Assembly: GCA_051294905.1 (NCBI GenBank) | Contig: CM119372.1 | Location: 37,698,001 to 37,758,000 of the forward strand | Length of the DNA stretch: 60,000 nt | Source: Botryllus schlosseri | Taxonomy: Eukaryota | Direction of reading: 5' to 3' | Shown: positions 27,501 through 41,700 of the stretch, in pieces | Position numbering within the stretch: position 1 is the first letter of the stretch | How the letters are laid out: every line of letters begins with the position of its first letter | The notes under the pieces: model-generated | Databases searched by the model: none | The model's input: only the letters and a program-made list of their open reading frames with translations | What the model was told of the DNA's origin: nothing | Position numbers and translations under genes: made by a program

Positions 27501-30500
27501 CCAAATCATATCATCGGTCCCCACCCTACGAATTTTATACATAAATCGAAAAAAAGTCCACTCAAGGAAAGTACTGAAAAAAATAATAGGTGCCATTATA
27601 TAGCCTGATACAAGCCCTACACTTCACAATAAAAATGATTGCTGGTTTGTTCGTGTTGAAGGTTACAAAGAAAAATCTATATGTCGATCTAAATTTAGTT
27701 TACACCCCCTAAAACAAAAATCATCTGTGAGAGACCCCATTGCTCGCGCACGTCGAATTTTTTTGTATGTGAGGAAAGATTTTGCCAGCATGCAATTGTA
27801 GACTAGTTCACGGAGTGCAATCATGGAATTATCATGGAGAATTTTCAAAGTATTTTCGGTCCCAGTGATCCATCGGTACCACATCTTCCCTACTCATCAG
27901 ACCTTTTATTTTCCACTTCTACCTGAAATGGTTTAGAAAAACAACTCTACTTTTGATTGGTTAGAAATTTAAATCGTTTCTTCTGCGATTATTCCTTATC
28001 CAAACTGTCTACGCTTAACTCGTTTAGCATGTTTTAAAATTGAGATGACATCGTAAATTTTCATCCGAGAAAAGTGGCGAACTCGGAAACACGCAGAAGA
28101 AATATATGCACTACAGTTTTAAAACATACAGCATCAACCACTGATGTTGCACTACAGCATCACAGGATGTTGTACATCTCTGACAAGTTACTTACAATCA
28201 AAAGAAGCCGTTGACTCTTCGGCTTGAACCCCTGCCGGAGTGGTGACATCATCTGAAACTGTTGGAGAAGCATGGAGAAGCACATGCAAATTAAGGTACA
28301 CGGAAACAGAACCGAAATCATGATTACATCGCGGCTATAAATCTTTCGTGACTACGTGCATACACACTTCGTTCGCTATGAGTGCGGGATCTCAAAACTC
28401 AAATTTGTTCGCGGGATAATTTACTAGTTTTTGATAGGTCCTTATGGTGGATTGGTATACGGCCGTCGACGTCGGATCATCAACTACCAATCATTGCTAA
28501 TCATTATGCCCGACCCTGTCTGGATTCCGACTATTTAAAGAAGACCTCCGCTTGATACTCGCCACCTTTTTATCAGACAAGTGCTGCCGCCTTTTTATCT
28601 GACGATCGACCGACGCTGTAATACCAACGCAGTTTATTTTATCCGATGTTTTATCCTTAGTCTGTTGATGTTTCTGTTGTACAATAAAGTGCTGGCCAAC
28701 GTATTCGCCGACCCTGAGGACCCTAGAGGGAACGCGACGCAGTCTACTCAGATATCATGCCATCAATAACACTGGTCTACAAAAAAATGTTTTTCTCCAG
28801 TTTTGATTTTGTCACCTGGTTTTATCTAATTTCGGTTCCCTGAATCCAAATATGAACTAAGATCTGCTATATTGCGTCAGGTTTCAAGTAATGAATTTTT
28901 AAAATTTCCCGCATTTCGGGTTTGGGCATTAGCTTAGTAAAAAGCAATAAAGTAAATTTAGTCACATTAGATTATAAACACACATTAATTCCGAGTGAGT
29001 GGCCAAGGAGTGACTGGTATTAAACGCTGGCCCCGCATGAAGAGTATATAAGACCTGTGTGGAGAATTAAAGATGTTTGATCGAATGCGAAATGGCGCTT
29101 GTACCATTCGAAAAAACGATGGTATGAAGAAGACCAAGAAATCATTTGGATGACTGTTATTTTCGCCAGGAAAAAGTTGGTAAACTGAACATTTTTTTTA
29201 AACCTGAACTTGGGTTCTGCATTGTTACCAAGTTCCTATTTCTGTTTTTAGTCCTTTTTCTCAAATTGATCAAGGAAATCTATAAACATCCGATTCAGAT
29301 TGATTACGAGACAAACATGAAGATTTATAGACTTTGTAGTCTGAGGCATCAGTTCGGAGCCTTCGTTTCTTTATCAGCTACAGGCAAATCACCCGGATTC
29401 TCATATTAACTATGCAGAATTGTTGAATTTTCAGTTCCAAGAAAAACAGCGTAGCATACATAGTACAGTAAATATATAATTTCACGGGACTGTTTGGTGT
29501 ATTGCAATGATATTCCAATTATTTTTTTAGAAGTGGAGTTGCCTGAATACAATCCGGAGCAAAGGAGACTATTTATGAATAGCTGCGAACACAAATAGTG
29601 GAATGGGTTATTTCGTAACGGCAATCACCCTGGCCCATTTGAACAATCAATTAATCGAGAAGAGCTATATGAAAAGATCGAGCTTGTTTTGAACAAATAC
29701 TAATATGAGCAGAGTATTGTTGGCAAATCTGTGTCGACTTGAACATGTTGGACTTTTCAGTCGTTGGCCAACAATCTGAATACACAAGGTATCCCTGCAT
29801 TTTTCGCTAAGGGAATTTAAGAGCCAAACAGCAACATCGGACTAGCTCTTAAGCTCTTAACTTTCGTGGAGAAGGCTTCGCATACACGTGCTTGAAATTT
29901 CCCGGGTTAGCTGAAGCCAAACAAAAAGCTGAGATGTTTGAATTACCTCCGATTCGAAAAGTATTAAATACAAATTTAATATCATCTAAGTATGTCTTCA
30001 AAAGAAGCTACAGCTTGGAAATCTTTTGTTACGAAGATCCGTTGAAAGAGTTACTAGCCAACTTTTAAGCTCTGGGTTGCAATAGGATTCACATTCTGCA
30101 TGCCCATGTCAATAGACTCATAGGCGCCGACTTACGAGGTTACGAGGTGGCGCGGCCACCTCGTAAGTGAATTTACGAGGTGGCGGCCACCTCGTGCAAA
30201 ATGCTGAATTTCCCATCAGCAGTTTTTACTATTTGTGTATCTCTGCTGATATGACACCCAAAAATTAATCACTCCCAAGTGCACGATCGGATACGACATC
30301 GGCCCAACGAGACCAGCAGTGCTGTCAATTAGTGATTCCCGTCTCGCGTGAATACTGACTACTCGTTATTAAGAAGTACGCGCGAGAATAAGGAACAACG
30401 CAACCTCCGTGATGTCGACGAACTGCTTTCACAACTCAGTATGTCTAAGCGTGTTATGGAATCTGTTCTGTAATGGCACCAATTTCTATTAATTCAGGCT

Positions 30501-33500
30501 TCTGTCGTCTTTCAATTAGCGCGAATCAATTACGCCGGCAGGAGTCTGTTCGCGAATTCGATGTTAACCAGTTTATCTGTTTACAAGGAACAGCAAGGAA
30601 AGCCTTTGATTGTAGCTCATGTACACATGCGTTTCGTCATTTTGCTAGAGACGTTTAACTTGATTTTAAATTGATCCATTCTATCCATTTAACAATATGC
30701 GTATCGTTTCGGTGTTCTTTCTTTCCTGATGGTTTACGTAGCCTAACATTTGAAAAACGTAGGGAAAGGATGCACTGCACTACAGGGTCGGAACTTTGCA
30801 TTTGAACTCTTAAAACGAGTTCAGATTAACGTTTCGCCCGCAACAATGGTGCATGGTCTGGACAATAATGACAAATCATTGTATTCAACAATGAATTTGA
30901 TAATTAATCACGTTAGCGCATATTACGATCATTTCCTGGCTGACAATGGTGAAATCATTGTGTTCAACAATGAACTTGATAATTAATTACGGTAGCGCGT
31001 ATTACGATCATTTCCTGGCTGACAATGGCGAATGCGGTTTTTCTATTTGTCTGTAAGCCAGAGAAGTAGCAGGCAGGGTCAATAAATCAAACCAGCGATC
31101 ACCAGATTTCGAGTATAGAAAACATATAGATGGATAGACAACGGTGCTTCTTCGTATGATCATGGTAGTTAAGAACAACAGAAGCAGTCCGAGCAAGACA
31201 TAGCACAGAATCAAAGATTTGTCAATGTTGTGTAGCCTATTAGCGGGTCTTTTGATCAGTTCATGACCATAAATGCAGAATGTTGACAACAGGCTCTAAT
31301 ACTCCCACTTCTGAATCGAAATACAGAATTAGGATGTCGAATAAGAAACGGCTGAAGTTGCAACCTACGATTCGTTCGTTTTTTTGCTCCAAATCAGGAT
31401 TCACGACAAGAGCCTAGTGAAGAAAATACTGATCATGTATTACGTAACGTAAGTGCAGAAGTTCCGACAACAAGCATGCCAGTGGCCGCTGAGGGTAGGA
31501 GTTACAGAAGAAGTTGGGAAGAGGAGTATTCATGGCTGAAGTATGATAGTGCCAGAGACAGAGCATTTTGTCCAACTTGCACGTGGGCAGTTGAACATAA
31601 TAAAGTGAATTTAATACAGGCTTCGGCCCAAGTCTGGACTGTAATAGGCTATAATAATTGGAAGAAGGGAAAGCAAGGTGTAAGAATACATCATGAGAGT
31701 CGTTTTCACAAAGACAGTACACAGATGAAATTGATTACAGAACAAGGGCCAAAAGCTAGGATCACATTAGACGAAAAAACAGTTAAACGATTGAAAGAAA
31801 ACAGTGGCGCTCTCAAAATAATTTTCGACTGTCTACTCTTCCTGGGGCGACAAGGTGTTTCTGTTCGTGGACATACAGACGAACGTTCCAATTTTTACGA
31901 AATCATGACTCTTGTGGGGAAATACAACCAGGACGCTGCAGCATGGCTTAATCGAGAGAGCTACAAATGGATTAGTCATGATATTAGCAACGAAATTCTT
32001 GAAATGATGGCGAAAGAAGTACTTAGAAATGAAATTTCCGAAATCAAGCAAGCCCAATTCTTTTGCATAATGGCAGACGAAACTACAGACGTAGCGACAA
32101 AGGAACAATTATCTTTATGCGTTCGTTACACAGATGAAAAATTTGATGTCCACGAATCATTTCTTGGTATGATTGAGTGTCCTTGCACGGATGCTGCAAC
32201 ATTGCATAAATTAATATCAGATGGACTAACTTCGCTTGGTCTTGATCTATCCCTCTGCCGAGGGCAAGGATACGACGGAGCTGCAGCCATGGCAGGGCGG
32301 TTATCAGGAGTGCAAGCTCGTTTCAAGGAGACCTACCCGACCATGCTGTATTTACATTGTGCAGGCCATCAAATAAACCTGGTTGTACATGATTGCTTTA
32401 AAGCAACCAGACAAGGTTTACATGCCATTTCAGTGTTGCACGCTGTTGTTAATTTTATCAAGTCGTCTCCAAAAAGACTGGATAGCTTCGAGAAATTCTC
32501 GCTCACAAGTGAACATCGGGTCTCGTCTTCTCTGCGTCCTCTCTGTGCCACTCGCTGGATAATGCAGCTACCTGCCGTTAACGCCTTCCTGGACCAGTAC
32601 CAAGCCATACTGGATTGGCTTGCTGAAACCTTAAATGACGGCAACCTCGATGCCATTAGTCGCAGCAAAGCTTCCAGTCATCTTCATTCGATGGACGATT
32701 TTGATGTGTACTTTTTGTTGCGCATCATGCAAAAGCTTCTATTCATTTTAAACCCAGTACATATAGAAGTTCAAAAACACGGCATTAGCGTTGGACGAGT
32801 TCGTGAACTATTGGAAAGCGTATCGTCAACAATTTCGTGGAACGCGGGAACGGAAAGTGAGGCTTCTGTGATGTTTGAAGCCACTAAGGAGTCTGCTACT
32901 GCAATAGGATTGCAAATGCCATCTTTGCCGCGCGCCACAGGCAGACGTGCAATGAGATCGCAAGGCCAGCAGCGCAATTCGACCGTGGAAGGTTTTTACC
33001 AGAACATTTATTCAAACATCTTTACGGAATGTTCTAATTCGTTATTGATACGTTACTCAAAGCACGATATGAAAATGATTAACGACATTGAAACTGTTTT
33101 GTTGAACAAAACCTCAAAATCAGATGATACTTCTGCCTTCGAAAAAGTCACTACTTTTTATTACAGCGACTTGGATTCAAATATGATGCGAATGGAACAG
33201 CAGCAGTTGAGAAGCTTCACCCAGCAAAAAAATATTTCAGTTTCAACGATGTCACAGCTGCACAATCTCTTCAGTAAAAATGAAATACTTCCGCTGATGT
33301 TGCCGAATATGGCTCAACTTTTGAGAATGTATCTCTCCCTGCCGTGTACTACCTGCGAAGCAGAGAGGTCGTTCAGTGCGCTTCGACGCTTGAAAACTTA
33401 TTTAAGGTCAAGCATGACACAACAGCGACTGAATCATGTGCTCGTATTGAATGTACACCAAAAGGAAGCTGCGAAGATGCCGCTAGAGCCCTTGATGAAC

Positions 33501-35701
33501 GAGGGGATAGATAGAGCTACCGTCCGTAAAAACACTTTTGCTAAACTGTAATATCATCTGCCTGTGATCTTGTTCGTGTTCGCTTCGATTATGTTTCTTA
33601 TCGATTGAAAACTTACTACAGACTCTCCGCGTCTGAACTAAATAGGCTCATTGCTCGCTGCCGAACCTGGGTATGCGAGGTATACCGCACGAACCATGTA
33701 ATCATCGCGGGTTTGCAGCATACCTGCAATTTCGTTATCGGCGAAATGCTGCCGGCCGATTGAATTTATTCGTTTCGTTTAAACGGGAAACCTTCTATGT
33801 TACAATCAACTTGATTGCTGGACGGACTTGTATCGAGAGCAACAATATCGAGTTTCAAACAATTGGGCGTTTTGATACGATCGCGCCTTGCGACTGGTAT
33901 TGGAATTAATTCTAGCCTGTCATCGTAACATTAGATGGGAATAGGACGTCATATATTTTTGTCAATGATCTGTTAGCGGCATATACATCGATATACAGTA
34001 TATCATATACTCCAGAAATGTTTGGCTAACGTAAATCGTAAAATGAAGCAATGTAGGCCAGATCGCTGTTTATCTGCTTAACATTGCCGTTATGCGAGCT
34101 GCTCAACACGAAGCGTTAGCCGTAAGACAAAATCACCGATTGCCTGTGCGTTTTCTCGTTTGTAATCATCATTCTTGTCTGCGCGCTTTCTAGTTTGTGA
34201 TCATCACTCTAGTCAGCTTGAAACGCCGCATTCGAGAGTTGACGCTTGTCATAGTCACTTGCTAACTTGACAGTGCTGGTTTATTTTATTATTCACACGG
34301 CGCATTTTGCGTCGATTAGATTGATGCAACACAAAATGCTCAGGGACATAAATTCTGACGCTATTTCATGCATTTGAACGGGAACCTTCTTTATGCCAAT
34401 AAATTGATTGCATTCGGACGGATTGGTGACGCAGTTAATCTTTTGAATGATGATTTAAGATTCCATTCATTATTCAGACTGTAGCTTGATATTAATGAGT
34501 GAGTTAAAACCATCAGTGGTTTAACGCTGCATTACGCACGCCTGCAGCCTATAGTAAAGTACCGTCGAGTACGATTATGACGTCACGAATACGGAATCTT
34601 TATGACGTCACAACACTCCGCCACCTCGTACAAAAATAAAAGTCGGCGCCTATGAATAGACTTCCAACATCTTGGCATTATCAGTCAGTAGCAGGTGAAG
34701 AGTTTGCACTAGGACAATAATACAATGGAATTGCGCTACCAAGAGCGATGGGACTGTGATATATTGGCAGACTTATTGCTGGAGTCTAGATAGAGGTATT
34801 ACAAAAGCCCTATGATACAGAAAAGCATTGAAGAGAAAATTTGTTGGCAACATTTTAATAGCGATTTTGCACCTAATTACGTTTGGAGTTTACGGATCTG
34901 GCATACTTACGCGCATGAACTATATTTCGGAATACATCTAGCTTCTCATAAACTTCAAAATATGGCGTAAATTATGAGATGATTGTGTAGTGGAATTTAA
35001 AACGTTTTTACATTTTTTGACTAAAAATTTCAATATCATTTTCAAGATTTGTCGCATTTCTCAAAATCCTGAGGTGTTGGACAAAAAGAATTGCAGATTT
35101 GAAATCAGTGAGCCCAAATTAGTCTAATTCAATATTCAAAGTCAAAACTGGAAATTTTGTGTTGATAATAGTAATAGGGGTCTTCTATGTCTTTCCAAGT
35201 AGGCGAAAAGACCTTATTTGACTGGACCTGGAATTCCACACCCATCGTGAAAATGTGATTTACTGTGTGGCAATTCACGCGCTGCACAAATAAGATCACA
35301 GTAGTTGACCAAACTTGTTTTTGAACTTGCTTTCGACCCGGACCACGTGCTTGATATAGGCTTACCTGGCATCGACCATTTCCATTCGAAAATAGTCACT
35401 TAGCAGTCACTTAATCACATGTTAAAACAGGAACTCGATTTGATTTTCAATCAAAGATTCATGGGAAGAAAAAGTAAACATATATCAATATCGATCGACT
35501 GTAAATCAGTGACCTAGTGATCATCAGTGACATATCAGTGCCAGCTACTGTCCTGTCCACATTATACGTTCGGATGCATTACGCCAACAAGTGCAGCACT
35601 CACAATCTCTAAAATCGAAGAACGTTGTAGTCGTATCTGGCTCGTCAGTGAGTCCTCGCCTGAAATCGTCACCATCATCTACAAAAGTAAACATATTAAT
35701 T

Positions 35702-35736
<35 letters not shown>

Positions 35737-38700
35737 TTCTCTCTTTCTCTCGCTCTCCATATATATATATATATAATGAAAAGATCTTGGTTGCTTTATT
35801 TATTACTTTGCAAGTGGGCGTTAGTTGTGAAAGCATCCAAGATCTTACTATTACACTGGTCTACAAATTTCGAAAAGAATATTTGCGCCAAAAATTTTAA
35901 TGATTGATTGAGGATAATCTAAATTGCTGAATCCGATTCTGTGCTCAGAATTTTTCTATCACGTCTAATTTTTTCCATATGTATTGTTCCCATTTTCGTA
36001 AATTAATCAAATTTCGGCTTTCGTTGGTGACATCACGGTTAGCATACAACAGCAACAGATCTGATATTGTTATTAAAATCATCTATCATGAAACCTGGAT
36101 TGTCCTAGTATATTCAAGATCAGCCATTTTTGCGACACAGTTACTTGGCGACTAGAAATTGACTCGTGAATTTTTCTCCGAGTCACCAGTCTATCCCCAT
36201 TTTGAAACGCCGAGTCAGGCCAAGTCATTTTTGCAAAGTGACTCGAGTCAAGTCAAGTCATACGATAAAGTTGACTCGAGTCATCCCAACACTGGACTAT
36301 ACAATATATAATTGGCATCAAATGCATCCCGGTCGTGTGAAATGTACAGTTTGGAAGTTTGCAATTCAATTTTACTTTAGAAAACGTCATCATAAATGTG
36401 ATGCGAACGTTTGGCTTGACTCGTAGATCAACACCCTATTCGGAAAGGAATCAGTCAGATATTTATCAGCAAAATACTGTTATACATAAAATCTGTGCAA
36501 CGAACCTCGATCAAAATCGTCGTCTGCGCGAATCAACTTTAATCTTCTTACGCCTGCATCATTAAGATTTCAACCTTGATCTCGAATCGTGAAGAAGGTT
36601 TGAATTTATCATTTCTACCTCTAGATCGTCCATGATAATCTGCACGCGTGATTCGGGGCGACAGGTCGTCCCTTCCGAAGGCCCAAATCACATTTATTCC
36701 ACCGCTCTGTAATAATATATCTGTCAGAGTGCCAATTTCAAAGAATGCGATGCGCTAGCATCAAACCTCAATAATGTTGTCATCATCATCCCTTGTGTCC
36801 AAGCGTCTTTCAAATTCAGCGATTGTGTGTGTGCCGTTCTCCCTAACACGTAATAGTTTCGAGTCTTGAAAACGATCCTTTATGGGCGCTTCGTTATCAG
36901 CAGCGTGCGTGTCCTGCAATGCACAGCGCGAAACCAGGTTTTAAAGCTACGGTGAACAATCTACTTACGTAAATATATTGCTTTCCTCTGTTCACTCCCA
37001 CCATTATGATATCAGCGCCACGCATGTTTCGTCTTTTAGAAATTCCCAAGCCGACCCATCCTCGCGTGAGCACCGAAATCTGATGAACAACAAATTTATC
37101 GTGTGTCACAATATCAATTTCGTGGTATACGTTTCGTAAACCATGCAACATACATAGAGGGGAAACTGTCAAGGGAATTAAGCATCGATATCATCAATGA
37201 TATGATCTGCATACTTGCTGTTGAAATCAAAATAACATGAATTCTGATTTAACGTATATACGGACTGACAGATTACCTCACTACCAATCTAAAATGATGG
37301 TCCATGAATACCTACGAATGGTATATGAAGTGGACATTTCCCTCGATCTTAAATTAGCCCAATTGGAGTTCGATTCAGATAACTTTAACAAATTTCGATT
37401 CCAGCCAGTAGGTGTTTCCTCAACTCTGAATTTCACTCCGATTGCAGAGGCTGTTACCTGTTTTATTGATTTTGATTTTGACTCGATCAAGAGAAAATTT
37501 AATGAAACTACGACTCCGACTCCATGAAACCGAGCCCGACTCCACAGTCCATAATGTGATACTTAAGACCGCGGAGTAGGGTAGACTAAGAGTCATGCTT
37601 CGTATTTTGTGCTGGTGGTAGCGTGGAGTTTGGGTTGGGATTAGGGTTATAAATAGCATGCTAAATTGTCATATTCTCAACTTTCTGTTTCATTATACAA
37701 CACGATCGAATGTTGGATAACAACCATATTAGGATTTGAATTTTCATGTATCGAATTTAGATAATTGCCATATTTGCCTAGGTTCACCAAGGGATTTTAT
37801 CCATTAGCTACGAGATAGAAGATCCAGAATAGCACTGATTACATAAGTAGAAAACAATGAGTTATCTAAAACAGTGTGGGTTTCGACTGCGTTCCTTACG
37901 GTGAAAATGATGTCTTTATTTCTCACGACTCTCCATTTCAGATGAAAATCTTCCCTTTCATCCAGGAACGTAGAAAAAGAACCGTCTCTATCACGACGAA
38001 TTGGCGCGCCATCCTCGTCGTTATTTCTATTGTCAGTAAAATCTATAAAATTGAGAGATTGTTCAAAATCAATCCACCCCCGTTTTACATATACCTGTTG
38101 AACCGAAATAATTAATGGACGTGAGCGGTGTTTAATGCAGAGGAAACAAGGGTGACGTTAAACGGATGGACGCATTTCGGCTTCTTTTACTCATAATCTG
38201 ATTAGTAGTGGACAACGGGGATGTCCAGAGTCAATCGAATTCGATATCAGACTATGAACACCCCAACAGGGAGCAATTGGTCATAGCTTATACGTTACCA
38301 TAGTAAGGTACCATCGCTATGAAACACAAGAAAAAAAGTAGTCAGTACCGTCTCTGTCGTCTTTAGACTCCAAACTTGGACGTAAAATTAGTCTTTTTGA
38401 GCCTGCAATACAAATGGAACATCACAAATATTAATGATTTACATTGTACTTCAGGGACATGTGTAAAACCTTGTTGGGATTGTCAGCAACATATCAGTAG
38501 AAAATATTAATACATCCGATGTGCTGCAAGCTATCTGGCTGATTGAAAATTCGAAATGTACATATTGATGTGAATTGTACAACGAAAAACGAAGAAAAGT
38601 ACTCTTTCAAGTAAATAAAATTTTTAATGCGAAGTTTCATCATTAATTCTACCCTCGATTACATAACATAACATTTCATACAAAAACATTTGATGAGAGT

Positions 38701-41700
38701 CTTACGAATATTGTTGTTTTACTAAGTGATACCACATGCAAAGCCCACATATCGGCAGTGATCGATAAATAATCGTTTATATGTGCATGTAATGTTGAAG
38801 TCTATAAATTGTTGGTGTTGTGGTAATCATTCTCGTGCGTCAAATGAATCTACAACTAAATAAATTACGTAATAAATTTATTTTAAATTCATTATAACTA
38901 TATTTTACATCAATGTAATTTATTAACAATTAAATATTACAGTATTTTTTAATAGAAATACCAGCAACCATTACAATCACTGGCATCTATCGTTTCACGT
39001 GATCTTACCCCGGTCCCTGGCATGATACAAGGATCTGTCCGGATCCCTTGGCATGTCATCCTCCCCGAATGCCCATATCACGTGGATCATACCGGCCTGG
39101 GAAATTGCAAAAAGGTAAATGTAAGTGTTTATGTCAATCATACGCGGAAGGTGCCACCACTACGTGAAGGCTTTTTTCAAGTAGGCTTTAGGCTACAGTA
39201 CATACTTACTCCAATTTTGAAATCGTCTCTATCTCCGGTATCAAGCATCCGTTTAAAGGCAACCGATGTATGGGTTCTATTTTCTCGAATTAATAAACTT
39301 TCGACATTCTCTTCGTCATCGATATCGGGAGCAGCGTTCGAGTCAGAGTGAGCATCCTGGAGTATCGATTATTTCCACATAGTAGAAAACTTGCATATCA
39401 CTCAATATGAATTTGTGAATGAGTAAACTTACATGCAAGTATGGTCTGCTCCGATATACACCCCCTATTATGATATCGGCATCCCTCATGGTACCGTCCT
39501 CGGAAAAGCCAAGTCCTACCCAGCCTCGTGTAGGCGCAGTTATCTGGAAAGTAAATTAAACTGAAATGTGTCAAAATTATTCACCCTTCTACAAGATTGA
39601 CATGAGATATTGAAAAAGTGCAGTGTACTGAACCACAGGCCTATATAATAAAACTTGATTCTTTAAAAATAAATCATCAAGACAATTTGTAGTGTACCAT
39701 GCTTGGAAATTTTCTTGTATACATATATATAAAGGGAGAGACCTAAGTATCCGGACTACTTTACAATACGCGACCAGCCGGTACCAACCGATTCCGCATG
39801 ATTGAACCGTTCCGCAATATCGTCGGACCCTTCCCAATGTGATAGAGTTAGTATTCATTGTCGTTAAGCAGGCGATACTTGAGTATGTGAGCTAGTGCTG
39901 GACTACATGGTTTGGGCAATGCTAAGATACAGTCTACAACAGGGTTTAGCTGGGGTTCGCGTTCGGTCATAGTTATGGTTATAGCCAATGTCATGGTCAC
40001 GGTACGGGCTCGGATTATTTGAGATTTGGATTCGAGTTACAAAGCACCATGTACAAGTACTGTATGTTAACGTGTCCTATGCTCAATTCTTGTGTGTCGC
40101 ATGCTCAAATGCCGGGCAAGTGGTTTTGACATGCCTCTGAAACAACCATTTGTTGTACGTGTACGCGAGTATAGCATCACTGAGTATTTTGATGACCTGC
40201 CCTCTAACGAAAAGGGGATGGTTACCAAACTAAGGTGCTTAAAGTTCCAATTCCGCTGACAAATAGTCTTAATATTGCTGGTCGGTGGTAATTTTATGAG
40301 AAGAATTAGTCACTCACCTGAAATACCATTTCGTCCTGAACGGTATTGTAGCGAAGCTGAATCTCCCTGCGGTCGTCCAAATATTCGAATCTGGGTCTGC
40401 TGTCAGATGTATCGTCTCTGTCATCATCATAATCTGTATCTCTGTCGTCATCAAAGTCTCTGTCATCATCGAAGTCCCTGTCGTCATCGTAGTCGTCGAA
40501 CTCGTTTTCATCAGCTTCAGCTACAACGAAAGCTTGTGCATCAGCCAAGCCCATGCTATGTGTTTTTCGAATGCAAATAGGGATTGGATGACTCTTTCAA
40601 CGTTGACTTCCAAGTGGAACGGAAAACAAACGTAGTGTACGCTTATGCTTACGTCTCCTTCAACTCGAGTACGAAGCCCAGGGTTGTAACCAAGTAGCTA
40701 GTCTATTTTACAATTATAGTTTCGACTCAACTCAAGTCGAGTCATTTTAACTTCAGCGCCGAGTCAATTCCGAGTTCAATTCAAGAAGATGCCGGTTGAG
40801 TTAGAGTCATATTGTTGGGACTCACGTCAGAGCCAAAGTGTTGAAACTCGAGTCTGACTTCAAGTCATAATGTTCGCTGTTCATCATCGAGTTCAAGACG
40901 CGTTCAACTCAAATCTTTGAGATTCACAGGTGATGACGAAGGCTATACTTGTTTTCTCACTCGTAACATGTTTATTAAAACGGATAAAATTGGGTTTCTG
41001 CGCCTAATTTTCAACTATCGGTCCTGCTACACAAGACTATAGAATGTCTTGACTCATATGGTTGGGTCTAGGGTTGCATGTAGAACAAACAGTTTGTTCA
41101 AAACATGTTTTGAACAGCGTTTTAAACAAAGGCCTTTAAGTGGTAAAATCATGCCATAATTGTGTGAATACTTTACAAAAAACGTTTTGTATCAGCATTA
41201 GGGCCGTTCAAAAATAACTTTTTTTTTCTGGATTCCTGCCATTCAGTCATTTAATTGTCAGGTTACCCTAAAAAGCGCTGCACACCAAATTTGGTTCAAT
41301 TCTAACAAGTATAGGGCTCCGCAGATCCAATTAAAATTTTTAATTTAAACAGGAAAATAAAAAAAAAATTAAATTTTTTTATCAACTGCATGAAATTGTT
41401 GAGCTGTCTTCAGAGACGATGCAAAACAAATTTGACTCAATTCCAACTAGTAGAAGCGGAGTTATTGGAGTTTTTCGTTGATAATCCTTGGATTATCCAC
41501 CAATCAAGGATAGTCGGAGAATTATCAACGAAAAACTACAATACCTCCGCTTCTACTAGTTGGAATTGAGTCAAATTTGTTTTGCATCGTCTCTGAAGAC
41601 AGCTCAACAATTTCATGGGGTTGATAGAAAAATTTTGTTTTTAATTTTCCTGTTTGAATTAAAATTTTCAATTGGATCTGCGGAGCCCTATACTTGTTAG

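Larger units (their letters stand above)
28770..35171 (+). mobile_element. Decayed Chapaev3-like (CMC superfamily) DNA transposon, interrupted by the hAT element
   Basis: Left end taa|cactggtctac with a degenerate long inverted counterpart ending about 35171|taa. Broken transposase motifs RNHLDDCYF (about 29140), WQICVDL..GQQSEYTRYPC (about 29720), KFPGLAEAK, AWKSFV, LGCN.IHILHAH, and after the hAT MELRYQERWDCDILAD.CWSL. Family assignment is from motif recall. Confidence 0.65.

Noticed and set aside
30895..31033. About 79-bp tandem duplication in the hAT 5' region
   Set aside because: Two diverged copies only; ordinary internal duplication with no evident function.
31476..33551. Host gene ZMYM1/THAP12-like
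   Set aside because: Sits within perfect TIRs and a TSD, so it is a transposase rather than a domesticated gene.
35366..35398. Possible extra 33-nt phase 1-1 exon (TIFEWKWSMP) with a strong gtaagc donor
   Set aside because: Weak acceptor and composition unlike neighbouring linkers; needs RNA evidence.
35545..35776. ERERE / SLSLSL ORFs
   Set aside because: Translation of a CT microsatellite; only 35604-35678 is a plausible exon.
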